Below, in pieces: positions 30,254 through 37,571 of a stretch of DNA of 51,059 bases (position 1 is the first letter of the stretch; the number at the start of each line of letters is the position of its first letter). Made by a program: the position numbers and the translations under genes. The notes beneath the pieces were generated by a model. The model saw only the letters and a list, made by a program, of their open reading frames with translations, was not told the origin of the DNA and made no database searches. The DNA comes from an uncultured Rhodobacterales bacterium (GTDB taxonomy: Bacteria > Pseudomonadota > Alphaproteobacteria > Rhodospirillales > CAJXLG01), in NCBI GenBank assembly GCA_964535075.1, contig CAZHRQ010000002.1:1-51059 (forward strand), given 5' to 3'.

Positions 30254-31246
30254 TCACAGGTTGGTGATCAGAGCGGCCAGGGGCACCTGTTTTCGGGAAA
30301 ACACCCGCCCCCAGTTGGCGCCGGTGGCCAGGGCGCTGTTGGCGGGGGAGATGCCGGTGGAGAGGTCGCCCACGTAGCTCATGCCCAGGGGATGCAGGCA
30401 CACGTGGCGACGGCTGACGAAGTACTCGATGCCCTCGCCATTGCCGCCCAGTTCGTCGCGGTCGATGGCCACCGGCACCCGGGGGGCCCCCTCGCCGTAG
30501 ACGATGGCCCCGCGCCCGAACAGCCACGAGCTGTAAGTGGTTTCCGAGCCGTTGGTGCCGGTGGGCAGCAGGTCCGACTGGATCAGGCGCATGCCCATGT
30601 AGGTGGGAATGGTGCCCAGCCCCTGGGATTCCGGCACGTAGTCGATGAGGTCGTTCTTCTGGATCTGCTGATAGACCTTGGAATGCACCACCATCACGGC
30701 GATGTCGTCGGCGGCATCGCCCAAGGTGCCCCGGGCCTCGATCACCGCCCCGGCGGACAGGCGGTTGGTGGCGCCGGGGGTGGTATCGGTGGAGATGTCC
30801 AGCACCGCGTCACTGGCCATGTCCGTTTGCTTGAACACCCCGTCCACCATCTTGATCAGGGCCGCCTGTAGCCGCCGGGTCCAGTAGGGCGCGATGCGAT
30901 CGGCCACCATGCGCATGGGATCGTCGCCGGCCACGGCGCCGGCCAGATCGGCGGCGGCGAAGGAGACGGCCCGGCGCAGTACCACCGCCGTCTGCTCGTC
31001 GCCCCCCACCTTGTACGGGGTGATGTTGGTATCGGGGTCATCGCTGGCCACGGCATCGTCGCCGTCCAGGTCGGCCCAAAAGGGCATGGTGACGGCGTGA
31101 CCGCCCTGGCGCAGGCGATCGGCCAGCACCGCATCCTCCCGCACCACCCCGGAGCGGAAAAAGGCCGACTGCTCGCGGGTGCGGGCCACCAGATAGGTCT
31201 GAAACACGTCGGGCACGATCACGTCACTGATCTGAGTGAGCGCCAT
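30254..31246 (-). CDS. phage major capsid protein
   Basis: 330 aa in the capsid position after the portal and scaffold-like genes. The N-terminus MALTQISDVIVPDVFQTYLV...SGVV and overall composition resemble HK97-fold coat proteins of short-tailed phages. Confidence 0.7.
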   Translation of the reverse strand: MALTQISDVIVPDVFQTYLVARTREQSAFFRSGVVREDAVLADRLRQGGHAVTMPFWADLDGDDAVASDDPDTNITPYKVGGDEQTAVVLRRAVSFAAADLAGAVAGDDPMRMVADRIAPYWTRRLQAALIKMVDGVFKQTDMASDAVLDISTDTTPGATNRLSAGAVIEARGTLGDAADDIAVMVVHSKVYQQIQKNDLIDYVPESQGLGTIPTYMGMRLIQSDLLPTGTNGSETTYSSWLFGRGAIVYGEGAPRVPVAIDRDELGGNGEGIEYFVSRRHVCLHPLGMSYVGDLSTGISPANSALATGANWGRVFSRKQVPLAALITNL

Positions 31247-31311
31247 GTCAGGGTCTCCTTATGAAAATCGCAAGCACTTGGGCGCCAGAGGCCGGTTCCG
31301 GGAGCGGACGA

Positions 31312-31794
31312 TCATCCTCCGGCCTGCTGAGCCAGCACGCGGGCCAGTTGCGGATTCTGGCGCATCAGTTCCCCCTGCCGGGTGAGATTAAAGCTTTCGG
31401 CGGCCCAGGGATTGGCCAGTCCGGGGGCGGCGGGCTCCCCGCTGCCGGGGGCGCCACCGCCGCCGGCGCCCCGGAAAAAGGGCGCCGGCACGGTCCCATT
31501 GCGGCGCATGTCGGCCAGCACCTCGGCCACGGACCGGGGCTGACCGGCCTCATCGGTGGCCATGGCGCCACTTTCGTCCAGGGCCACCACCGTGCCATCG
31601 TGCACGGACAGCCGCCCGGCCACATGGTCCACCAGGAAGGGCAGCATGGCCGGGTCCACGCCGGCACCCAGGGCGGCCTCGCGCACGGCGCCGTGGATCA
31701 GGTTCTGGTGATGCTCGGCCACCAGGGCTTCGTAGGCAGCTTCCACCTCGGCCAGCCGCTGGCTCAGGGCCTCGGGCTCGGGCATATCGGTCAT
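31312..31794 (-). CDS. phage scaffolding-like protein
   Basis: 160 aa with a helical acidic N-terminus and a Gly-rich C-terminus, located between the portal and capsid genes. Confidence 0.45.
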   Translation of the reverse strand: MTDMPEPEALSQRLAEVEAAYEALVAEHHQNLIHGAVREAALGAGVDPAMLPFLVDHVAGRLSVHDGTVVALDESGAMATDEAGQPRSVAEVLADMRRNGTVPAPFFRGAGGGGAPGSGEPAAPGLANPWAAESFNLTRQGELMRQNPQLARVLAQQAGG

Positions 31795-31827
31795 GGGTCA
31801 CACCTCCTGTGCGGAAAACGGGAAGAG

Positions 31828-33207
31828 TCAGGCGGTCCGGTCGGACTCGTCGGCGGGTTCGTCGGGCAGGCGCCCGCCCCGCCGCAGGTTCCAGGCCAGC
31901 ACCGAGTGGTCGAAGGCGCCGGCGCGCCACGCCTCGGTCAGGTCGCGCACGGCCTCGGGGCTGAGGGTGGCCTGGGTGAAATCGAGATTGGGCTCCACAC
32001 GTACCCGGGCGGGATCCTCGCCCAGCCAGCGGGCGGCGTGGCCCAGGGCCTGTTCCAAGGCCGCGGCCGTGGTCCGGGCCACGTCGGTGAGGCTCACGGT
32101 CTGGGCGGTGCTGCGCAGGCGCAGGGCCTCGGCGCTTTCCACGCCCCGTCCGCCCTCCAACAGCCGGGCCCCCATCTGCCACGCCTGGTCGTAGAGATCG
32201 CGGATGGCCTGCCGGTGGGCTTCGATGCCCTGGCCGTCCACTTCCAGGTAGAAAGCGCGGGCCTCGGGCGGCAGATACCAGATGGTGCTGGCGCCGATCT
32301 GTTCCGGCAGGCCGTCCTGGTTGTTCTCCACCCCGGCGATCACCGGCGTGGGCTGGGACGTGAGGAACAGCGCCTGCTTGTAGTCGGCGGACAGGCGATA
32401 GATGCGCAGGGCGATACGGGCCAGGGGCAGCAGGGGAATACGATCCGGCGCCGGGGTCAGGTCGGTGGCACCGGCGAAGACGAAGGGCAGCGCCCCCAGC
32501 CCGCCCGGATGCACGGGTCCCTCCCCGGTCAGGGCCGACGCCGGGGAACCGGCCCTTGCGGCCAAGGAACGGGGCTCGGGCCCCGGTCCGGCGGCCTGGG
32601 GCGGACTGCGCCACAGCCATTGGGTATAGCGGCCGTCCTCCAGGGACAGCACCCGCCACTGGGGCCGGATCACGTGGCCGAAGGGAGAGTGTCCGGGGCC
32701 ATCCACCTCCTCCCGCAACACCACCAGTTCCGGCACGGCGCCGCGCAGGCGCCAGTTGATCACGGCCTCGGCGGCATAGTCGGCCAGATAGAGCCCCTCG
32801 CCGTCGCCGGCCGGCCCCTCCACCAACAGCCCGTGACGGCCGGTAAGCAGCACGTTGCGGGTGATCCGGCGGTGCAGATCGGCCAGGGACAGGCCGTCGG
32901 GGGTGGCCTGGCGGCGCAGGGGCTCCAGGGCCGACGGCAGGGTGATGGTGGCCGGCTGGCGATGGATCAACCCCACGCAGGAATCCAGGGTCAACCGCAC
33001 CAGATCGGGAAAATCGGCCCGCAGACGATAAGCCTGATAGTCGGCATTGCGACCGGGGTCGGCCTCTTCCAGGCGCTGGCCCGGAGTCATGGGCAGGTAC
33101 AGGTCGCCCCGGGCCTTGATGGCGCTTTCCCCCTCCAGGCAGTCGCGCATGGTCTGCCAGTCGCCCAGGCGCTGGGCGGCCTGGGGGTGATACTGATCCA
33201 CCGACAT
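31828..33207 (-). CDS. phage portal protein (DUF4055-like)
   Basis: 459 aa immediately after terL (TGAATG junction). The N-terminal region ...YLPMTPGQ...YQAYRLRADFPDLVRLTLDSCVGLIHRQP resembles DUF4055-type portals. Confidence 0.7.
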   Translation of the reverse strand: MSVDQYHPQAAQRLGDWQTMRDCLEGESAIKARGDLYLPMTPGQRLEEADPGRNADYQAYRLRADFPDLVRLTLDSCVGLIHRQPATITLPSALEPLRRQATPDGLSLADLHRRITRNVLLTGRHGLLVEGPAGDGEGLYLADYAAEAVINWRLRGAVPELVVLREEVDGPGHSPFGHVIRPQWRVLSLEDGRYTQWLWRSPPQAAGPGPEPRSLAARAGSPASALTGEGPVHPGGLGALPFVFAGATDLTPAPDRIPLLPLARIALRIYRLSADYKQALFLTSQPTPVIAGVENNQDGLPEQIGASTIWYLPPEARAFYLEVDGQGIEAHRQAIRDLYDQAWQMGARLLEGGRGVESAEALRLRSTAQTVSLTDVARTTAAALEQALGHAARWLGEDPARVRVEPNLDFTQATLSPEAVRDLTEAWRAGAFDHSVLAWNLRRGGRLPDEPADESDRTA

Positions 33208-34554
33208 TCAATACACTCCCTTGATCCGGGCCTGTCCGGCGCGCGGGGTCTCCGGCGCCAGGAAACGAAAGGCGGCGGCCAGGGCATCCACCTGGTCGTC
33301 GTGGGCGCCCTTGGGAAAGGCTTCCAGTTCCCGCAGGAAGGGTTCGTTCCACGGACCGGCCACCAGGGCGAGGTTGCCCGCTTCCGCCTGGGCGGAGACG
33401 GGGGCGGCGCGCGCCTCCTTGGCGCCCTGTTCGGGACGGGCGCGCACCGTGAAGCCGGCCAGGGCGGCGGCCAGCCAGCGGGCCTGTGCCACCCCGGCCT
33501 GACCGGGATCCCGGGGCAGCACCACCGGCACCGCCACGCCATCGCTGGCGGCCACCCGCCGCAGGGCGGTTTCCACCTCCGCCGGCGAGCCCTGGAAACG
33601 TTCCACGTGCTCCACGGTGAAGCGGCCGGACTCATCCCGGGCCAGCCGCACCCCCACCGTCCAGTCGCCCCCGTCCCGGGTGGCGGCCAGATCCCAGGCC
33701 CGCACCCGCCGGGCGGTGACGGGGGCCTCGGACACGGTTGCCAGGAAACGGCGTTGGAAGTAGAGCCCCTGCGCCGGCCGCACATGCCAGTTGCCGCCCT
33801 TCAGCCGCTCCCGCTCCACCCGGGGCAGGGCATCCAGGTTGGCCAGATAGCCCGGGTCCTTGCGCAGCAGGATGCGGTTGTCGAACACGCTGGCGGCGAT
33901 GAAGGTCAGGGATTTGGGCCGGGTATCGGGGCCAAAGCGCTGCACCAGGGTTTCCGGCCGGTCGGCCCACACCAGATCGTCCTCATGCCGCACGAACCAG
34001 CGCAGGCGCCCGGCCCGTTCCGGCACGGGATAGCCGTCCTCGCCGATCCACCAGGCAATGAGTCGGGCCACGAAGCTGTCGGGATCGGGGTTGCACGTCG
34101 CCCGCACATAGGGCCGCACCCCGCAGGCACTGCGATTGCGGCCCAGCAGATAGAAAAACTGGCCCTCGGAAAAATGGGTCAGCTCGTCGAAGCCCAGCAA
34201 CGGGATCTGCGCGCCCTGCCAGTCATAACGGGTGCGCTCGTGCTCCAAGTGCGCGAACTTAACCCGGCTGCCGGCGGGAAAACGCCACTCCAGCAGGCTT
34301 TCCCGGGGGGTGCCTCCCAGGGGTGCATAGAGCCGGGCGCTTTCGTCCCACAGCCCCCCCTCGTTGCGTACCTGCACGGCGGTGCGGCGGAAAATCACGG
34401 CCCCGAACCCGGGATGGGCGGCGTGGCGCAGGGGTTCGGCCAGCAGCGCCCACGACTTGCCGCCACCGGCCGCCCCGCCATAGATGGCGATATCGGCGGC
34501 GCTGGCCAAGAAGCGTTCCTGCGGCCCCGGTTGCGGCCGCAGCCCGCCGCTCAT
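33208..34554 (-). CDS. terL: phage terminase large subunit
   Basis: Walker A IYGGAAGGGKSW, Walker B-like LLGFDELTHF, and a C-terminal nuclease region (DLAAT ... DDQVDALAAAF). The start ATG at 34554 forms an ATGA overlap with terS. Confidence 0.9.
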   Translation of the reverse strand: MSGGLRPQPGPQERFLASAADIAIYGGAAGGGKSWALLAEPLRHAAHPGFGAVIFRRTAVQVRNEGGLWDESARLYAPLGGTPRESLLEWRFPAGSRVKFAHLEHERTRYDWQGAQIPLLGFDELTHFSEGQFFYLLGRNRSACGVRPYVRATCNPDPDSFVARLIAWWIGEDGYPVPERAGRLRWFVRHEDDLVWADRPETLVQRFGPDTRPKSLTFIAASVFDNRILLRKDPGYLANLDALPRVERERLKGGNWHVRPAQGLYFQRRFLATVSEAPVTARRVRAWDLAATRDGGDWTVGVRLARDESGRFTVEHVERFQGSPAEVETALRRVAASDGVAVPVVLPRDPGQAGVAQARWLAAALAGFTVRARPEQGAKEARAAPVSAQAEAGNLALVAGPWNEPFLRELEAFPKGAHDDQVDALAAAFRFLAPETPRAGQARIKGVY

Positions 34555-35087
34555 GCCTCGTCCTCCCCGTCCTCTGTATCCCCGTCCTCTGTGTCCCCGT
34601 TCGGCATGGACCGTCCGTTGTCCGGCAGATAGAGAGTGACGGCCAGGTCCGCCGTCTCGTCGGCGGCCCCGGGACCCTCGAACAGGCCCAGATGCCGGCT
34701 GAGGCAATCCAGCGCGCCCTTCTTATCGTGCAGTTTTACGGTGACGGCATCGCGGCCCCGGCGCACTTCGGCCACGGCGGCGGCGGCATCGGCGTCCAGG
34801 TCCTCGCTGGGCAGGGGCACCACCGACTCGCCATCCCAGCGGCACACCTGCCGCAGATCGGCATAGGCCAGGCGGGCGTATTCCCGCAGCACCCGATCGG
34901 CGGTGATGCCGGTGCGGCGGCTTTGTTCCGCCCGGGCCGCCGCCAGGGCGGCGCGAATGTCGGCGCGTTGCAGCAAGCGCGGCCCTGTGCGCCCGGCATA
35001 GCCTGCCCGGCGGGCGGCGGCGGCCGCGTTATGGTCCACGAGAAACTCTTCCACAAACCGGCGATGCCGGGATGTCAGGCCGTCCAT
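34551..35087 (-). CDS. terS: phage terminase small subunit
   Basis: RHRRFVEEFLVDHNAAAAARRAGYA ... ITADRVLREYARLAYAD ... DKKGALDCLSRHLGLF is Terminase_2-like. GGGAG lies upstream of the ATG at 35087. Confidence 0.85.
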   Translation of the reverse strand: MDGLTSRHRRFVEEFLVDHNAAAAARRAGYAGRTGPRLLQRADIRAALAAARAEQSRRTGITADRVLREYARLAYADLRQVCRWDGESVVPLPSEDLDADAAAAVAEVRRGRDAVTVKLHDKKGALDCLSRHLGLFEGPGAADETADLAVTLYLPDNGRSMPNGDTEDGDTEDGEDEA

Positions 35088-35175
35088 CCCTTACTCCCTG
35101 CTTGCCACCGGACCAGCCGGGGGGGGATCCTCGAACGCGGACAAGGACCGCGGCAGCCCCCGCACGGCGCCCATG

Positions 35176-35217
35176 CCCGATTGGGCGCGATCGGCTCTAA
35201 AACAAAGGGAGAGAGCC
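35176..35217. repeat. truncated palindromic repeat, fragment E (module-2 end + linker)
   Basis: CCCGATTGGGCGCGATCGGCTCTA + AAACAAAGGGAGAGAGCC. It lies in the leader between the terminator and terS. Confidence 0.7.
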
Positions 35218-35242
35218 ACTTCGTTGAGGGCGGATCGCCCAT

Positions 35243-35278
35243 AAAAACCCCCCCGGCGGCGATCCGTCGGGGGGGGGG
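35243..35278 (-). terminator. rho-independent terminator between the 203-aa gene and terS
   Basis: On the minus strand a C-run/G-run stem (CCCCCCCGACGG ... CCGCCGGGGGGG, one mismatch) is followed by TTTTTAT. Confidence 0.7.
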
Positions 35279-35338
35279 TGTGGTGGGCGGCGTTTGGCGG
35301 GAAGCGGCGCGCCGCCACCCAGGCTCATCGTAGTAAAA

Positions 35339-35383
35339 GAGATACGCTAATTGCCCCCGCCCTGTCAAGAACAAAAACAGAAC
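35339..35383 (-). promoter_or_regulatory. SOS-box-like GAAC-N7-GAAC (35369-35383) abutting a candidate promoter (TTGACA 35368-35363, N18, TATCTC 35344-35339)
   Basis: The plus strand reads aGAACaaaaacaGAACatt. On the minus strand this is GTTC-N7-GTTC, immediately followed by TTGACA. Confidence 0.45.
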
Positions 35384-35410
35384 ATTCAGGGCGCGCCAAA
35401 CGCCTTGCGT

Positions 35411-36022
35411 TCAGGCTGCCTTCCAGCCCCGCACGTGGCAGTAGGCATTCAGGGCGCGGAACAGCTCCCGACGGGCCCAGCCCTTGCGACGGGCCTGGGC
35501 CCTGTCCATCATGGACAGGCTTTCCCCTCGCACCATGAGCGCCACCACCACGTCGTGGGCGATGCCCTGGGCCTGGCACCGTTCCACCCAGGCCACCCAG
35601 TGGGCCCGCTGGCGGGGGTTCACCGTCTCCAACGGGGTTCCGGTGTGGGCGCGATGGGTCACCGGCATTCCGTCGTAGGCGCTCACCCGGGTGCTGACCG
35701 GCCGCAGCAACCGCTCGGCACACTCGCCCAGGGTGGTCAGGGCCCGTTCCTGGTCGGGGTCCAGGGCCCGCCACAGGCGGGCATCCACCCGGCGGCGGCG
35801 CACCTTCTCCGCCTCGCGGGAGTCGCCAAGGAGCACCACCCGCTCCGTGGGGTGATGGGCTTCCTGCCAAGCGGCGGGAGAGCGGTGGGTGTGGCACCAG
35901 CGGTCCCGCTCCGCCTGCAAACGGGCCTGGAGACCCTTGCTGTGGGCCAGCGCCTCCCGGGCCTCCCACGAGGGATGGGCGGGGTCGAACGCTGGGGTGC
36001 AGTCTCTTCTGGATGCGGGCAT
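35411..36022 (-). CDS. phage regulatory protein candidate (203 aa; possible late-gene activator or antiterminator)
   Basis: The ATG at 36022 is preceded by AAGGAG at 8 nt. It is the only gene between the repressor and the structural operon. The C-terminus (GESLSMMDRAQARRKGWARRELFRALNAY) looks like an HTH or sigma-region-4-like helix pair. Confidence 0.5.
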   Translation of the reverse strand: MPASRRDCTPAFDPAHPSWEAREALAHSKGLQARLQAERDRWCHTHRSPAAWQEAHHPTERVVLLGDSREAEKVRRRRVDARLWRALDPDQERALTTLGECAERLLRPVSTRVSAYDGMPVTHRAHTGTPLETVNPRQRAHWVAWVERCQAQGIAHDVVVALMVRGESLSMMDRAQARRKGWARRELFRALNAYCHVRGWKAA

Positions 36023-36046
36023 GGCCAACACTCCTTATGCGTGCCA

Positions 36047-36090
36047 GAACATTATGAGAACACTATGCCGCATGATTACGTTTTTCGCAA
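36047..36090 (-). promoter_or_regulatory. SOS-box-like GAAC-N7-GAAC (36047-36061) overlapping a candidate leftward early promoter (TTGCGA-N17-CATAGT)
   Basis: AGAACATTATG and AGAACACTATG form a tandem 11-bp repeat. On the minus strand the -35 TTGCGA is at 36090-36085 and the -10 CATAGT at 36067-36062. Confidence 0.5.
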
Positions 36091-36126
36091 TATCGCTGGC
36101 GCGCCGGATTAGCGAAAATCGCATGC

Positions 36127-36816
36127 ATGATGGAACAGCCCTGGATCGCCCAACGGCTGGAGACTCTGGGACGCACCCGGCGGGAGCTGGCCCGCGCCCT
36201 GGGGGTGGATCCGGCCCGAATCAGCGAGATCCTCGCGGGACGCCGCCATGTGAAGGTGCGGGAGGTTCCGGCCCTGGCCCGCTTCCTGGACATGGATGCG
36301 GGGGTGGTGCTGTTGCGCCTGAACGGGGAGGCACCGGCCGCACCGCCGCCCACGGTGACGGTGCCGGTGGTGGGGGCGGTTCAGGCCGGCGCGTGGGCGG
36401 AGGCCATGACCTGGCCGCCGGAGGACCGATACCCGGTGGTGGTGCCACCGCCGCACGGGGGGCGGGAACCGTTTGGCCTGGTGGTCCGGGGCCAGTCCAT
36501 GAATCTGGACTACCCGGAGGGGACCATCCTGATCTGCGTGCCTTTTCTCCACTACGCCCGGACCATTGGCGAGGGAGACCATGTGGTGGTGCACCGCCGC
36601 GACCGTACCGGGTTGATGGAGGCAACGGTGAAGGCGCTGGTGATCGACTCGGCGGGGCACCGCTGGCTGTGTCCCCGTTCCAGCGACCCTGCCCACCAGA
36701 CGCCGCTGCCGCTGCCGGCCACGCCCCCGGATGCCCAGGACCACGCCGGCAACGACGACATTCAGGTGGTGGGGGTGGTGGTGGCCCACTACCGGGCCCA
36801 TCCCTCCGCCCCCTGA
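36127..36816 (+). CDS. phage CI/LexA-like repressor (XRE HTH + S24 peptidase)
   Basis: N-terminal HTH (RRELARALGVDPARISEILAGRR), a candidate Ala-Gly self-cleavage site (AVQAGAW), the catalytic Ser in VVRGQSM and the Lys in TVKAL. It is divergent from the 203-aa gene. Confidence 0.88.
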   Translation: MMEQPWIAQRLETLGRTRRELARALGVDPARISEILAGRRHVKVREVPALARFLDMDAGVVLLRLNGEAPAAPPPTVTVPVVGAVQAGAWAEAMTWPPEDRYPVVVPPPHGGREPFGLVVRGQSMNLDYPEGTILICVPFLHYARTIGEGDHVVVHRRDRTGLMEATVKALVIDSAGHRWLCPRSSDPAHQTPLPLPATPPDAQDHAGNDDIQVVGVVVAHYRAHPSAP

Positions 36817-36830
36817 TCCCCACGGAGGGG

Positions 36831-36920
36831 CGTGAATCGGCTCTAAATCAAATAGATAGAGCCGATTCACGCGGTCAATGGGACCCGAGAATGGGGTCCC
36901 ATTGACCGCGATAGGCTCTA
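36831..36920. repeat. palindromic repeat, copy F (module fragment + linker + module 1)
   Basis: CGTGAATCGGCTCTA + AATCAAATAGA + TAGAGCCGATTCACGCGGTCAATGGGACCCGAGAATGGGGTCCCATTGACCGCGATAGGCTCTA. Its last 3 nt are the hemJ stop codon. Confidence 0.9.
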
Positions 36921-37367
36921 AAAGGGTTTGACCACCGCCATGATCACGATCACCAGCATCAGCAGGGTGGGCGCCTCGTTGGCGAAGCGATAGAAGCGGG
37001 CACTGTGGCGATTGGCATCCTGTTCAAAAGCCCGGCGCCAGCGGGCATCGAACCAGTGCACCACCAGCATCCCCACGGCGGCGGTGATTTTTAGGTGCAC
37101 CCAGCCCTGGGCCCATTGCGCCTCCGACAGGTTGGCCAGCAGCACCAGCCCCAGCGCCACGCTCACCACCATGGACGGCACCATGATGGCCTTGTACAGG
37201 CGCCGTTCCATCACCTTGAACAGCTCCGACTGTTCCGACCCCACCGGCACCCCGGCGTGATACACGAACAGGCGCGGCAGGTAGAAAATGCCGGCCATCC
37301 AAGTGATGACGGCGATGATGTGCAGGGCCTTGATCCACAAGTACCAGGTGGGGGAGAGGACGATCAT
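36918..37367 (-). CDS. hemJ: protoporphyrinogen IX oxidase HemJ (UPF0093 family)
   Basis: 149 aa with 4 TM segments. WIKALHIIAVITWMAGIFYLPRLFVYH is the HemJ signature. The ATG at 37367 has GGAG upstream. Confidence 0.85.
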   Translation of the reverse strand: MIVLSPTWYLWIKALHIIAVITWMAGIFYLPRLFVYHAGVPVGSEQSELFKVMERRLYKAIMVPSMVVSVALGLVLLANLSEAQWAQGWVHLKITAAVGMLVVHWFDARWRRAFEQDANRHSARFYRFANEAPTLLMLVIVIMAVVKPF

Positions 37368-37485
37368 GATGTCTCCTGTGGCGGCGGACGGAAGGCCATC
37401 AGCATAGAACACCGTCCCTCTCGGCGAAATTGAGAATCCACGGTCCCCGCCCCCCGCACACATGCCGGCAATGCACTACCCATAG

Positions 37486-37513
37486 TTGACGGTTTTCGCG
37501 AGGGGCGTACACT
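37486..37513 (+). promoter_or_regulatory. candidate sigma-70 promoter of the lipoprotein/FecR pair
   Basis: TTGACG (37486-37491), a 16-nt spacer, then TACACT (37508-37513). Motif match only. Confidence 0.35.
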
Positions 37514-37571
37514 CATGGAAGGTACGGGTTGCCGCACCAGAACACCTTCACGCCAGCCGGAGGAGCCCGTC

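Larger units (their letters stand above)
20507..36816. mobile_element. phage-derived cluster (defective prophage or GTA-like element): CI-like repressor, divergent 203-aa gene, 17-gene head/tail operon
   Basis: terS, terL, portal, scaffold-like, capsid, adaptor and tail-fibre genes are co-directional with many overlapping stop/start junctions. Housekeeping genes flank the cluster on both sides. No integrase, replication or lysis gene is recognisable. Confidence 0.85.

Noticed and set aside
31261-34632. 1123-aa plus-strand ORF across the capsid, portal and terminase genes. Similar ORFs occur at 21847-24081 and 25209-27524, antisense to tail genes.
   Set aside because: These are also shadow ORFs. 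The minus-strand frames carry terminase Walker motifs and coherent operon structure with coupled junctions, while the plus-strand translations are low complexity.
36082-36118. 7-bp inverted repeat TTTTCGC ... GCGAAAA (23-bp spacer) upstream of the repressor gene, as a second operator type.
   Set aside because: The arms are short and AT-biased with a long spacer, and no second copy occurs elsewhere in the cluster. The GAAC-N7-GAAC boxes are the better-supported operators.
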